64,000 bases of DNA from an uncultured Candidatus Saccharibacteria bacterium. GTDB taxonomy: Bacteria; Patescibacteriota; UBA1384; JACPKC01. A program made the position numbers and the translations under genes. Below are positions 47,733 to 56,811 of the stretch, piece by piece. How positions within the stretch are numbered: the first letter of the stretch is position 1; each line of letters opens with the position of its first letter. The stretch lies in NCBI GenBank assembly GCA_964423885.1, contig CAYRGD010000002.1, positions 18,128 through 82,127 on the forward strand. The letters are read 5' to 3'. The notes beneath the pieces are model-generated. The model had not been told where the DNA came from. It made no database searches and saw only the letters and a program-made list of their open reading frames with translations.

Positions 47733-47839
47733 AACGGACGAAGTTCGGGCGCTGGGCCGTGATCGTGTTCGTGGTCTGCACGATCGCGTCGATGATCCTG
47801 CTCTACTTCGTGCCGGCGATCCAGAGCACCCCGCAATGA
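47729..47839 (+). CDS. candidate 36-aa single-TM micro-protein, ATGA-coupled between the WecA-like gene and the bPH-like gene
   Basis: MKRTKFGRWAVIVFVVCTIASMILLYFVPAIQSTPQ. Its ATG overlaps the WecA stop and its TGA overlaps the next ATG. Hydrophobic core of 20 aa. Confidence 0.35.
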   Translation: MKRTKFGRWAVIVFVVCTIASMILLYFVPAIQSTPQ

Positions 47840-48354
47840 CGTACGACGTGAACGCCGACTACTTTTCCGGCTTGCGCGACGGTGAAACGATCCGCGCTGT
47901 GTGGCGCCGGAACCCGTGGACGATGATCAAGCCGTGGGCGGCCTCACTCGCGCTGACGCTCATCGTGTTCGCGGTGTTCGTCGCGTTCGGTGCGAGCCTG
48001 CCGACCTCGGTCGCGATCGGGCTGTGGCTCGTGATCGTGCCGAGCTTGCTCGGTTATGCGTGGTACGTTTGGCATCAGAACACGTACGTGCTCACGAGTG
48101 AGCGGCTCATTGATATCAACCAGCCGCACCCGTTGCGCCGCGCCGTCGCCGAAATCCCGATGGAGATCGTCCAGGACGTGACATACGAAGTCAGCGGCCC
48201 GATAGGGCTCGCGCTCAACTTCGGTTCGGTGATCGTGCAGACGGCGTCGTACACCGAGGTGACGATGACGATGATGACCGATCCGCAGGTCGTCCAACAA
48301 GCAGTGCTTACGGCCGCCAAGCAGTTCCGGAAAGAGAATACCGTTACGCCGTAA
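47836..48354 (+). CDS. membrane protein with bacterial PH-like (YdbS/bPH_2-type) domain
   Basis: Two TM helices followed by YVLTSERLIDINQ..., matching the bPH_2 Y.[IL]T..R[IL] pattern. Confidence 0.5.
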   Translation: MTYDVNADYFSGLRDGETIRAVWRRNPWTMIKPWAASLALTLIVFAVFVAFGASLPTSVAIGLWLVIVPSLLGYAWYVWHQNTYVLTSERLIDINQPHPLRRAVAEIPMEIVQDVTYEVSGPIGLALNFGSVIVQTASYTEVTMTMMTDPQVVQQAVLTAAKQFRKENTVTP

Positions 48355-49162
48355 GCCGGACGGTGTCTCCTGCCGAGGTCGTGAAGCCTTCCTGCTCCAG
48401 CGCGTGCAGTAAACCGTAGAACCGTTCGCGCGGTACGTCGATCTTGCTCGCGATCCGGTCGAAGAGGTCGTCGTTCGTTGTGGGCGCAACACGGAGCGCG
48501 TCGAGGATCCGGCCGCGCAGATAGCGGTTCGAGCCGACGAACCGTTCGGTTTCCTTCTTCTTGCTCGGTCTTGGACGTTTCGAGCGCAGCTCGGCCGAGG
48601 CGTAATCCATCATCGCGTGCAACCAGACGTGCGGCATACCTCTCGGCATCACGGCCGAAGCCAGCTCGTAGTACGCGTTTTCGTTCCGTGGGTTCTTCGT
48701 CGGCAGCATGACGTCGAGAAACAGGCGGACGTTCGTGTCGACGGCCGGCGTATCGATGCCGAACGCGAAGTTCATGACCGCGCCGGCAGTGTAGCGGCCC
48801 ACGCCGGGGAGCGCGCGAAGCCCGTCGACCGTGCTGGGAAATTGACCGTTTAGATCGGTGACGACCATTCGAATCGCCCGCTGCAGGTTGAGCGCGCGGC
48901 GGTTGTATCCTAGACCTTTCCACTCGCGGATCACGTCGGCCGGGCTCGCGTCCGCCAGCGACCGCATGGTCGGAAACCGCTCGAAAAACGCCAGGTATTT
49001 CGGGATCACGCGCGGCACCTGCGTCTGCTGGAGCATGATCTCGCTCACCAAAATCTTGTACGGGTCGTGCGTCTGCCGCCACGGCAAGTCTCGCCGGTTC
49101 GCTTCGTACCAGTCGAGCACGGTGCGCTGGATCTCGGCGATACGTTGTTTGCTCAGTCTCAT
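48344..49162 (-). CDS. HhH-GPD superfamily DNA glycosylase (EndoIII/MutY-like) without Fe-S cluster cysteines, with C-terminal winged-helix-like extension
   Basis: ILVSEIMLQQT, LPGVGRYTAGAVMNFAFG (helix-hairpin-helix GxG) and VDTNV (catalytic Asp). No C-x6-C-x2-C-x5-C motif. A ~90-aa C-terminal extension. Confidence 0.7.
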   Translation of the reverse strand: MRLSKQRIAEIQRTVLDWYEANRRDLPWRQTHDPYKILVSEIMLQQTQVPRVIPKYLAFFERFPTMRSLADASPADVIREWKGLGYNRRALNLQRAIRMVVTDLNGQFPSTVDGLRALPGVGRYTAGAVMNFAFGIDTPAVDTNVRLFLDVMLPTKNPRNENAYYELASAVMPRGMPHVWLHAMMDYASAELRSKRPRPSKKKETERFVGSNRYLRGRILDALRVAPTTNDDLFDRIASKIDVPRERFYGLLHALEQEGFTTSAGDTVRLTA

Positions 49163-49213
49163 CTTCGAAGCCTACCAAAGAAAAAGGCCCCGAAGGGCCT
49201 GGCTGTCGTAGTG

Positions 49214-49822
49214 TTATGCGGTCCGCTCAGCGGGTTCGTGGCTGTCGACGTGGGTACGCAACCAGGCAGCGAACTGCCCGTACCACCGTCCGTGCCGGGC
49301 CGAGCTTTCGGCCCGTTCCTGGTCGCAGAGTTCAGCCTCGACATTGCTGCACCCGACCGGAACAAAGATCCGGTCGAGCGATGACCAAGTTCGGGGATTG
49401 GCCCGCAAGCTGGCCTCTTCGGCAACCATGCCGTGGATCGTCCGCTCAAAGAGCTTTGGCTCGGTGAGGTATTGGTCGGCATACGCCAGCGCATGCCGGA
49501 ACTCGCATCGTCGATCCCGTTTGTGGGCCATCAGGTCAAGGATGCCCTCGATACCAATCGTGTCGAGGACGAAGTTGACCTGCGTTTTCGGAAAACCGTT
49601 GAGTGCTGGAATGAAGAAGCCCGCATCGATGGCGATTACCGGCTGTCTGAAGCGTGCGAACGCTTCCAGGGCTTTTTCCTGTGCGATGATAGCTGGTTCC
49701 ATCGAGCGTGATTCTATGAGCTCGACATGTTCGGTCACGACCGCCACGCCAAGTTCTTGGAGTCGGTTGACCAACGACTGCTTCTTGCCGCTGTTGGTCG
49801 TACAGAGCCGTACTGTTAACAA
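49214..49822 (-). CDS. non-canonical purine NTP pyrophosphatase (RdgB/Ham1/ITPase family)
   Basis: TTNSGKKQSL (N-terminal NxGK motif), DAGFFIPALNGFPK and FVPVG motifs. AGGAGG RBS then a TTG start. The track ORF extension upstream is non-coding-looking. Confidence 0.7.
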   Translation of the reverse strand: MLTVRLCTTNSGKKQSLVNRLQELGVAVVTEHVELIESRSMEPAIIAQEKALEAFARFRQPVIAIDAGFFIPALNGFPKTQVNFVLDTIGIEGILDLMAHKRDRRCEFRHALAYADQYLTEPKLFERTIHGMVAEEASLRANPRTWSSLDRIFVPVGCSNVEAELCDQERAESSARHGRWYGQFAAWLRTHVDSHEPAERTA

Positions 49823-49930
49823 GTGTTCTCTACCTCCTATTTCGTCTATTGCTACTGTCCCACAGCGCGGCCTCGAGACAAGTGGAAAACCGGGGCGGAC
49901 AGAGCGGCGGGCATGTGAGATGGTTCCGAT

Positions 49931-50419
49931 ATGCAAGAAAAAGCGCAGCAACAGATCGTGGTCGCGGGCGCAGTCGTGTTCGACGGCCAGGGCAACGTGC
50001 TGCTGACGCGGCGCAACCAGCCAGACCTGCCCGGTGCGCACGGGCGCTGGGAACTACCGGCCGGCAAGGTGGAGTTCGGGGAGCTGCCCCACGACACCGC
50101 AGCGCGCGAGGTGCTCGAAGAAACCGGCTACCAGGTGCGGATCGACCCGCGCCGGTCGTCGGTCAAGGCCATGATTTGGGAGGCCGACGCCAAGGATACG
50201 CACACGATTTTGCTCGCATTCCGCGCGGCCCTGGTCGGTGGCGAACGGAAGGTGCAAGGCGGCAAGGTCGCCGATGTTCGGTGGTGGCCTGTGTCGGCGC
50301 TGCCGCTCGACAATATCCTTCCGCTTGATGACGAGATGATCCTTGCGCTAGCGGACGAGCAGGACGCGCTCCTGGCCCAGCCGCTGGTTGAGATCGAACA
50401 CCAGATTATTCGTCAGTGA
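49931..50419 (+). CDS. NUDIX hydrolase (MutT-like)
   Basis: NUDIX box GKVEFGELPHDTAAREVLEETG (Gx5Ex7REVxEExG). Confidence 0.8.
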   Translation: MQEKAQQQIVVAGAVVFDGQGNVLLTRRNQPDLPGAHGRWELPAGKVEFGELPHDTAAREVLEETGYQVRIDPRRSSVKAMIWEADAKDTHTILLAFRAALVGGERKVQGGKVADVRWWPVSALPLDNILPLDDEMILALADEQDALLAQPLVEIEHQIIRQ

Positions 50420-53400
50420 GATTTTGAGGTTGGTGGCCAGGGACTTGGGTTCCGGCCCCTGCAGGATGCAGGTGACGGGAATGTCACCTGCCGACTTCGA
50501 CAGCTCGTCTTTGACCGCATGCAAGATCGCGCGGTCGACCGTGCTGTCGATCAAGAGGTGAAGCATCTTTACGCCGTCGGTGTTGACGGGCGCTGCCGCC
50601 ACCGGTTTCGGCGCTTCTTTGAGCTGGGTCGACCGCGACCGCACGGTGGTGTCGGCGAGGGATGCGGCGTGGTCGACGATGATCTTGCGTTCGTTGTCGC
50701 GGTCGTTGACCTTGCCTTTGACGATGAGTACGGCGTCGGGCACCCAGAGCGCCGGGTTTTCCTTGAGCGTTTTCGGAAACACCACGACCTCGATGGCGCC
50801 GGTCATGTCTTCGAGCTTCCCGAATGCCATTGCCTCGCCGTTCTTGGTCGTGATGGTTTTCAATTGCGTAATGATGCCGCCGATCGCCACTTTCGCCTCG
50901 GGCTTGGCTTGGTCGAGCGCACGGATCGGGTCGAGGTTGGCGAGCTTGTCTTTGTAGTCGCCGAGCGGATGTTCGCTCACGTACACCGACAGCAGCTCTT
51001 TCTCCCAGGCGAGCCGCTGCTGCTTGCTAGCCGGCGCGCCCGCAACCAGTTGCAGGTGGTGCTGCGGCGCGGCCTGTTCCATGCCGCCGAACAGGCTCGC
51101 TTGCTGGCTGTTCTTGGCTTTGTCGTAGCCCTGGATGAACTTCAGGATTAGATCGGCGTTGTCGAGCAGCTGCTGGCGCTCGGCCAGTTCGTCGAGCGCG
51201 CCGCACATCGCCAGGCTTTCCAAGACCTTGCGGTTGATGACGCTGCCGCCCAGGCGGGTGCAGAAGTCTTCCAAGCTCGTGTACGGGCCGTTCTTCCGTT
51301 CGTCGACGATCTTTTCGGCCACGGCCTCGCCGATGTTTTTGATGGCGGCCAGGCCGAACCGGATTTGCTTGCCGTCGCCGGCGACGCCGAACTCGCTGTA
51401 GGATTCTTTGACCGACGGCGGGAGCACGGTCAGGCCCATCTTTTCGGCCTCGGAGATCTCGATCGAGATACGGTCGAGGTTATGGATGTCCGACGTCATG
51501 AGTGCGGCCATGAATTCGGCCGGGTAGTGGGCTTTCAAGTACGCGGTTTGGTACGCGACCAGTGCGTAGCAGGCGGCGTGGCTCTTGTTGAACCCGTACT
51601 TGGCCCAGGCGAGCCATTCCTGCCAGACCTCGCGGGCCTGGTGCTCGGTGATCGAGCCGACCTTGGCGCACCCCTCGACGAACTGCGGCTCGATTTTGTC
51701 CAGGATCTTCTTGACCTTCTTGGCGACGCCCTTGCGGAGCGTGTCGGCCTCGCCGCGGGTGAAGCCGGCCAGGATGCGGGACAGCTGCATCATCTGTTCC
51801 TGGTAGACCATGATCCCGTAGGTAGGTTTCAAGACGCTTTCGGCGCTCGGATGGATGTAGTTGATCGCCTTCCGGCCGTGCTTGCGCGCGATGAAGTCGG
51901 GGATGAATTCCATCGGGCCCGGGCGGTAGAGCGCGCACATGGCGATGATGTCCTCGAACTCGGACGGTTTGAGTTCCTTGAGATACCGTTTCATGCCGTC
52001 GGATTCCAACTGGAACACCCCGGTCGTTTCGGCGCGCGACAGGAGCGCGTAGGCCGCTTTGTCGTCGAGCGGCAGGGCGCTGATATCGATATCGACGTCG
52101 TGGCGTTTCTTGATAATGCGGAGCGCGTTCTTGATGACGGTCAAGTTCGACAGGCCCAGGAAGTCCATTTTGAGGAGGCCGATCGTCTCGCAGTCCTTCA
52201 TGCCGAACTGGGTGAGCGCGGTCATCGGGCCTTTTTGGTTGACCGTGAGCGGCAGGTATTCGGTTAGCGCCTGGTCGGCCACGATCACGCCGCAGGCATG
52301 GGTCGAGGCGTGGCGGGCGACGCCCTCGAGCTTCATGGCCATGTCGATGAGGCGCTTCATCTCGGGCTCGGTATCGTAGATCTGTTTGAGTTCGGCGACC
52401 TCGAGCGATTCCTTGAGCGTAGTGCCGGGTTTGGGCGGGATCAGTTTGGCGATGCGGTCACCGTCGGCAAAACTCATCCCGAGCGAACGGGCGACGTCGC
52501 GGATCGAGCCGCGGGCGGCCATCGTACCGAACGTGATGATCTGGCCGACCCGTTCCTCGCCGTACTTTTCCTGGACGTAGCGTAGTACTTCGTCGCGGCG
52601 GTTGTCAGCGAAGTCGATGTCGATATCCGGCATCGAGATGCGGTCGGGGTTCAGGAACCGCTCGAAAAGCAGGTCGTATTTCAAGGGGTCGAGGTCGGTG
52701 ATACCGAGGCAGTAGGCCACGATCGAGCCGGCGGCCGAACCGCGGCCCGGCCCCACGACGACGCCGTTGTTCTTCGACCACTGCACGAAGTCGGACACGA
52801 TCAGGAAGTAGTCGGCGAAGCCCATGTTCTTGATGACGTCGAGCTCGAACTTTAATCGTTCGTCGGCCTCAGGCGTACCCTCGCCGTAGCGGTTCCGGTA
52901 CCCGGCCCACGACAACTCCTCGAAGTGCGTCTGGGCGTCGGCCTTGCCGGTAGGCAGCGGAAACTTCGGCAGGATGTTCTTGCCGAGCTCGAATTCCAGG
53001 TCGACCGACTCGGCGACACGGAGCGTGTTCTCGACCGCGCCTTCGTACCCGGCGAAGCGGGTCAGCATTTCGTCGGGCGTCGACAATGACAGGTCGACAT
53101 CCTTGAGCGTCATGCGGTCGGCGTCGTCGACGTCCTTACCGGTCGCCACGGCCAACAGGACTTCGTGCGCTTCCTGGTCGTCGTGGCTCAAATAGTGGCT
53201 GTCGCCGGTCGCGATGAGCGGTACGTTGAATTCCTTACTGAACTGCTCAAGCGCCTGGTTGACGATGCCTTGGTCCTTGAGCGCCGGGTGATGCTGGACT
53301 TCCAGGTATACGAACTCGCGGCCGAAGGTGTCCAGGTAATACTTGATGAGCGCCTTGGCGTCGTCGAGTCGGTTGTCCAGGATGTCGCGCGACAGTTCGC

Positions 53401-53818
53401 TGTTCAAGCAGCCGGTCAGGATCGTGACGCCCTCGGCATGGTGCTTCATGAGGTCTTTGTCGACGCGTGGCCGGTAGTAGAAGCCCTCGAGGTGCGAGAC
53501 CGATACCATCTTGACCAGGTTCTTATAGCCGGCAAGGTTCCGGGCCAGCATGGTCAGGTGGTAGGGCTTGGCGTCGAACCGCGCCTCGCGGTCGTGGAGC
53601 GTCCGGCGGGCGACGTAGCCTTCCACGCCGATAATCGGCTTGATTTCGGCCGCCTTCGCCTTCTGATAGAATTCGATCGCTCCGTACATGACGCCGTGGT
53701 CGGTGAGCGCCATCGCCGGCATCCCGAACTCCTTGGCGCGCGCGACCAGGCCGTCGATCTTCGACAGGCCGTCGAGGAGCGAGTAGTGGCTATGGGTATG
53801 CAGATGAACGAAACTCAT
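50348..53818 (-). CDS. dnaE: DNA polymerase III subunit alpha
   Basis: PHP domain N-terminus (SFVHLHTHSHYSLLDG), polymerase core, OB domain. 1156 aa. Confidence 0.97.
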   Translation of the reverse strand: MSFVHLHTHSHYSLLDGLSKIDGLVARAKEFGMPAMALTDHGVMYGAIEFYQKAKAAEIKPIIGVEGYVARRTLHDREARFDAKPYHLTMLARNLAGYKNLVKMVSVSHLEGFYYRPRVDKDLMKHHAEGVTILTGCLNSELSRDILDNRLDDAKALIKYYLDTFGREFVYLEVQHHPALKDQGIVNQALEQFSKEFNVPLIATGDSHYLSHDDQEAHEVLLAVATGKDVDDADRMTLKDVDLSLSTPDEMLTRFAGYEGAVENTLRVAESVDLEFELGKNILPKFPLPTGKADAQTHFEELSWAGYRNRYGEGTPEADERLKFELDVIKNMGFADYFLIVSDFVQWSKNNGVVVGPGRGSAAGSIVAYCLGITDLDPLKYDLLFERFLNPDRISMPDIDIDFADNRRDEVLRYVQEKYGEERVGQIITFGTMAARGSIRDVARSLGMSFADGDRIAKLIPPKPGTTLKESLEVAELKQIYDTEPEMKRLIDMAMKLEGVARHASTHACGVIVADQALTEYLPLTVNQKGPMTALTQFGMKDCETIGLLKMDFLGLSNLTVIKNALRIIKKRHDVDIDISALPLDDKAAYALLSRAETTGVFQLESDGMKRYLKELKPSEFEDIIAMCALYRPGPMEFIPDFIARKHGRKAINYIHPSAESVLKPTYGIMVYQEQMMQLSRILAGFTRGEADTLRKGVAKKVKKILDKIEPQFVEGCAKVGSITEHQAREVWQEWLAWAKYGFNKSHAACYALVAYQTAYLKAHYPAEFMAALMTSDIHNLDRISIEISEAEKMGLTVLPPSVKESYSEFGVAGDGKQIRFGLAAIKNIGEAVAEKIVDERKNGPYTSLEDFCTRLGGSVINRKVLESLAMCGALDELAERQQLLDNADLILKFIQGYDKAKNSQQASLFGGMEQAAPQHHLQLVAGAPASKQQRLAWEKELLSVYVSEHPLGDYKDKLANLDPIRALDQAKPEAKVAIGGIITQLKTITTKNGEAMAFGKLEDMTGAIEVVVFPKTLKENPALWVPDAVLIVKGKVNDRDNERKIIVDHAASLADTTVRSRSTQLKEAPKPVAAAPVNTDGVKMLHLLIDSTVDRAILHAVKDELSKSAGDIPVTCILQGPEPKSLATNLKISLTNNLVFDLNQRLGQERVLLVR

Positions 53819-54958
53819 GATTCCCCTCTCCTGGCCGTCGTCTTGGGCCGTTCCGAACAGCTCTCAACGTATGAGCTGCGAGCGGTCTTGGGCCGGCTCG
53901 GCTGCCATATTCGTGACCTTACCGTAACAAGCGGCGTCGCCCTCGTCAAAGCCGACCCTGCTCCTGATACCGGGTGGTTCCGGCAGCTGGGCGGCGCGGT
54001 CAAGGCGGGACGGGTGGAGGCGGATTCCCTTCCTGATCGTGCGTCGGTCGGCGACGCGCTTGCAGCCCTTGTCGACCAGCCGGTGGTCGGTATTTCCAGT
54101 GTCGCCAGCGGTATTGCCGCCGGGCCGTTGGCGGCCGCGCTCAAGTCGGCCCATGACGCGGTCAAACGCTATGCGGTGCCGGCGGACGGACCGTTCCTGT
54201 CGGCCGCGCAATCCAAAGGGATCCGGGATGCTGGCGGCTCCGAATGGCTGGTGCTCGGCGCTGCCGGTGCGTATTCGCTGGTACGGATCACGGACGTGCA
54301 AGATATCGACGATTACACCCGACGCGACCGCCAGCTGCCCGCCGTCGACATGAAGCGCGGCGTGTTACCCACCAAGCTGGCGCGGATGATGGCCAATATC
54401 GCCCTAGGGGAACAGCCGCTCGCGCCCGGCGCGGTCCTGCTCGATCCGTTCTGCGGTACCGGCAGGATCCTCTTGGAAGGCAGGCTGCTCGGCAATCCTA
54501 TCCTTGGTTCGGATATCGACCCCGCCGCCGTAGACGCGACCCGGCGGAACCTAGTTTGGGCGGCCGGTACCTACGGCATGACTGCTCCTGATCCCGATTC
54601 GATCCTCACCGCGCCCATCGACAAGCTTGCCGGTCTCCTGTCGCCGCAGAGTATCGCGGCGATCGCGACTGAGCCGTTCCTCGGTCCGCCGGCTACCAGG
54701 GCGTTGACGCCGCCTGAGCGCGACGCGCTGTTCGACCGGCTGTTGCCGCAGTACGAGGCGTTGCTCCGTTCGGCCAAGGCCTTGCTGGTTCCCGGCGGGC
54801 GGTTAGCGGCCGTGTTTCCGCTCGTGGACGGCCAGTCGCTCTTCGCCAGGTTCGTTGACAGGCTACCCCGCTTCGGCTACCATCTCCTCGATTCAATACC
54901 GGTTACCCGATCCGACCAGTGGATCGCACGAGATATCGTCCTGCTCCGAGCGGAGTAG
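53806..54958 (+). CDS. class I SAM-dependent RNA methyltransferase (THUMP/Trm11-RlmL-like)
   Basis: LLDPFCGTGRILLEG (motif I, as in COG0116/COG1041 methyltransferases) and ARMMANIA. The N-terminus (LLAVVLGRSEQLSTYEL) resembles the start of these proteins. The start codon is uncertain, and the chosen ATG overlaps the dnaE start on the opposite strand by ~13 bp. Confidence 0.6.
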
Positions 54959-54973
54959 GCCACAAGAGGTTGT

Positions 54974-55288
54974 ATGGCGCATAAGAAAGCTGCAGGTTCA
55001 ACCCGATTAGGCCGCGATTCGCAGTCCAAGCGGCTGGGCGTCAAACGCTACGGCGGCCAGATCGTTGCCCAGGGTGAGGTGATCATCCGCCAGCGCGGTA
55101 CCAAGTTCCACGCGGGCACGAACGTCGGCCGCGGAGCCGACGACACGCTCTTCGCCATGGTGCCCGGCACCGTGTCGTTCCAACGTAAAAAGCACCGCCG
55201 GTTCACGAACGCGCTCCGTTCCGTCCAGTTCGTCCACGTGACGCCAGCCGGCCAGCCGGTTCCGGTTACTCGGAAGGCGGCCCGATGA
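54974..55288 (+). CDS. rpmA: 50S ribosomal protein L27 with C-terminal extension
   Basis: [28 protein letters not shown]...[14 protein letters not shown]. Confidence 0.95.
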   Translation: MAHKKAAGSTRLGRDSQSKRLGVKRYGGQIVAQGEVIIRQRGTKFHAGTNVGRGADDTLFAMVPGTVSFQRKKHRRFTNALRSVQFVHVTPAGQPVPVTRKAAR

Positions 55289-55815
55289 ACGCCGCGCTGC
55301 TCGCCGCCGCCTCGGCTGCGTCGCTCAAGAAGAACGTCCCGACCCTTCGGGCCGGCGACATCGTCCGCGTCCACCAGAAGGTAAAGGAAGGTAACAAAGA
55401 ACGCATCCAGGTCTTCGAAGGCGTCGTGCTCGTGGTCCGCGGCGGCCGCGGTACGGGCGGCACCTTCACCGTCCGGCGCGTGAGCGGCGGGATCGGCATC
55501 GAGCGCGTGTTTCCCCTGCATCTGCCGTCGATCACCAAGATCGAAAAGTTGCGCCGGCTCGATATCCGCCAGTCGCGGCCGTACTACCTGCGCGACCTGA
55601 CGCCGCGCCAGATCGCCCGTAAGTCGAAGGGTGAGCTCAAGGAATTCGCGGTCTGGGAAGAGGCTGACGCCGAAGCGGAAGCCGAGGCGATCAAGGCATC
55701 CCAGGAAGCCGAAGCCCAGGCCCGCGACGATGCGGAAGCCAAAGCCGACGCGGATGCCGACGCGAAAGTCGAAGCCGCCAAGGCCAAGCACGAAGAAGCG
55801 GCCGAGAACGCGTAA
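55285..55815 (+). CDS. rplS: 50S ribosomal protein L19 with Ala/Glu-rich C-terminal tail
   Basis: [25 protein letters not shown]...[18 protein letters not shown], plus a ~60-aa EAEAEA/KA-rich tail. ATGA overlap with rpmA. Confidence 0.95.
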   Translation: MNAALLAAASAASLKKNVPTLRAGDIVRVHQKVKEGNKERIQVFEGVVLVVRGGRGTGGTFTVRRVSGGIGIERVFPLHLPSITKIEKLRRLDIRQSRPYYLRDLTPRQIARKSKGELKEFAVWEEADAEAEAEAIKASQEAEAQARDDAEAKADADADAKVEAAKAKHEEAAENA

Positions 55816-55913
55816 ATCTCCCAATCCCTCTGCACGCAGCGCCCGATGTCGGGCGCTGTTGCTTTTTACGGTGAGACGTGTACAGTCGGCCTGTAGTTGG
55901 AAGGGAGGCAGTC

Positions 55914-56459
55914 ATGCCACGACCGGTATCGCACTCGCAGCAACTCGTACTCGCGCTCACTGCGCTCGTCGTCCTTGGCGGCGGAGTGGCAGCGGCAGCC
56001 AACCGTTCGGCGTTCAACGCAGCCGGCGTGCAGGCCGACAGCGACGACCAGGCTGCGACGCTTGAGCTCGCACCCGCCCTGGCGGTCGACGAGCCGCTCG
56101 CGTCCGTCGTCGCTGATCCTGACGCGGCCGCAGTATCTCCGGGTGCCGTTTCCCAGGGTAGCGGCGACACCCAAGAGACGGTCCGCGTTACGGTCGACGG
56201 TACGGCGGTCGAGCCGGATACGTTCGGTGACCATGCCGTGTCGGTCGACACCTCGAGCACCAATACGCTCGACGGCTCGAACAATGGCACCGACGTCGAC
56301 GTCCGTCGTTCGGTCGACACCGACGTGAGCAACCGCCACTCCGAACGCAATAACCCGGATATCAAGGTCAATGTCGGCAAGAACGACGTCTCGGGCAATA
56401 AGAACCCGGTCACGGTGCGCCCTGGAAACGTCAGCATCAACTTCAGCCTGCCGCGCTAA
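55914..56459 (+). CDS. hypothetical secreted/membrane-anchored protein, Asp/Val/Ser-rich
   Basis: AAGGGAGG RBS. N-terminal TM/signal segment (LVLALTALVVLGGGVAAAA), low-complexity body. Confidence 0.4.
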   Translation: MPRPVSHSQQLVLALTALVVLGGGVAAAANRSAFNAAGVQADSDDQAATLELAPALAVDEPLASVVADPDAAAVSPGAVSQGSGDTQETVRVTVDGTAVEPDTFGDHAVSVDTSSTNTLDGSNNGTDVDVRRSVDTDVSNRHSERNNPDIKVNVGKNDVSGNKNPVTVRPGNVSINFSLPR

Positions 56460-56466
56460 GGCGGCC

Positions 56467-56811
56467 GTGCACGACACTAAGGTACTCGGCGACACCGGTG
56501 AAGACCGGGCCGCCGAGTACCTTTCGCGTTCGGGCTATACCGTTCTTGAACGGAATAAGCGGTATCGCTTGGGCGAGATCGATATCCTGGCGAGCGACGG
56601 CGAGGTGTTGGTGATCGTCGAGGTGAAAGCCGGCAAGACCGGCAAGTTCGGCTACGCGATCGAGCGGGTCGGCTATGAAAAGCAGCGGAAGTTGCGCCAG
56701 TTGGCTGCCCGGCTATCGCAGGACTATCCGAATGCACAGCTGCGCATCGATGTCGTGAACGTGGACGGCGACGAGATCATCCATATCCCGAACGCGATCG
56801 GACTGCAATGA
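56467..56811 (+). CDS. yraN: YraN-family (UPF0102) endonuclease-like protein
   Basis: GEDRAAEYLSRSGYTVLERNKRYRLGEIDILA...VIVEVK... (PD-(D/E)xK-like ExK). GTG start. Confidence 0.8.
   Translation: MHDTKVLGDTGEDRAAEYLSRSGYTVLERNKRYRLGEIDILASDGEVLVIVEVKAGKTGKFGYAIERVGYEKQRKLRQLAARLSQDYPNAQLRIDVVNVDGDEIIHIPNAIGLQ

Noticed and set aside
48075-49178. 367-aa minus-strand ORF
   Set aside because: Alternative frame overlapping the HhH-GPD glycosylase gene on the same strand. The glycosylase frame has the clear motifs.
53165-53805. N-terminal ~210 codons of the 597-aa plus-strand ORF
   Set aside because: Lies entirely antisense within dnaE. Only the portion from ~53806 onward carries methyltransferase motifs.
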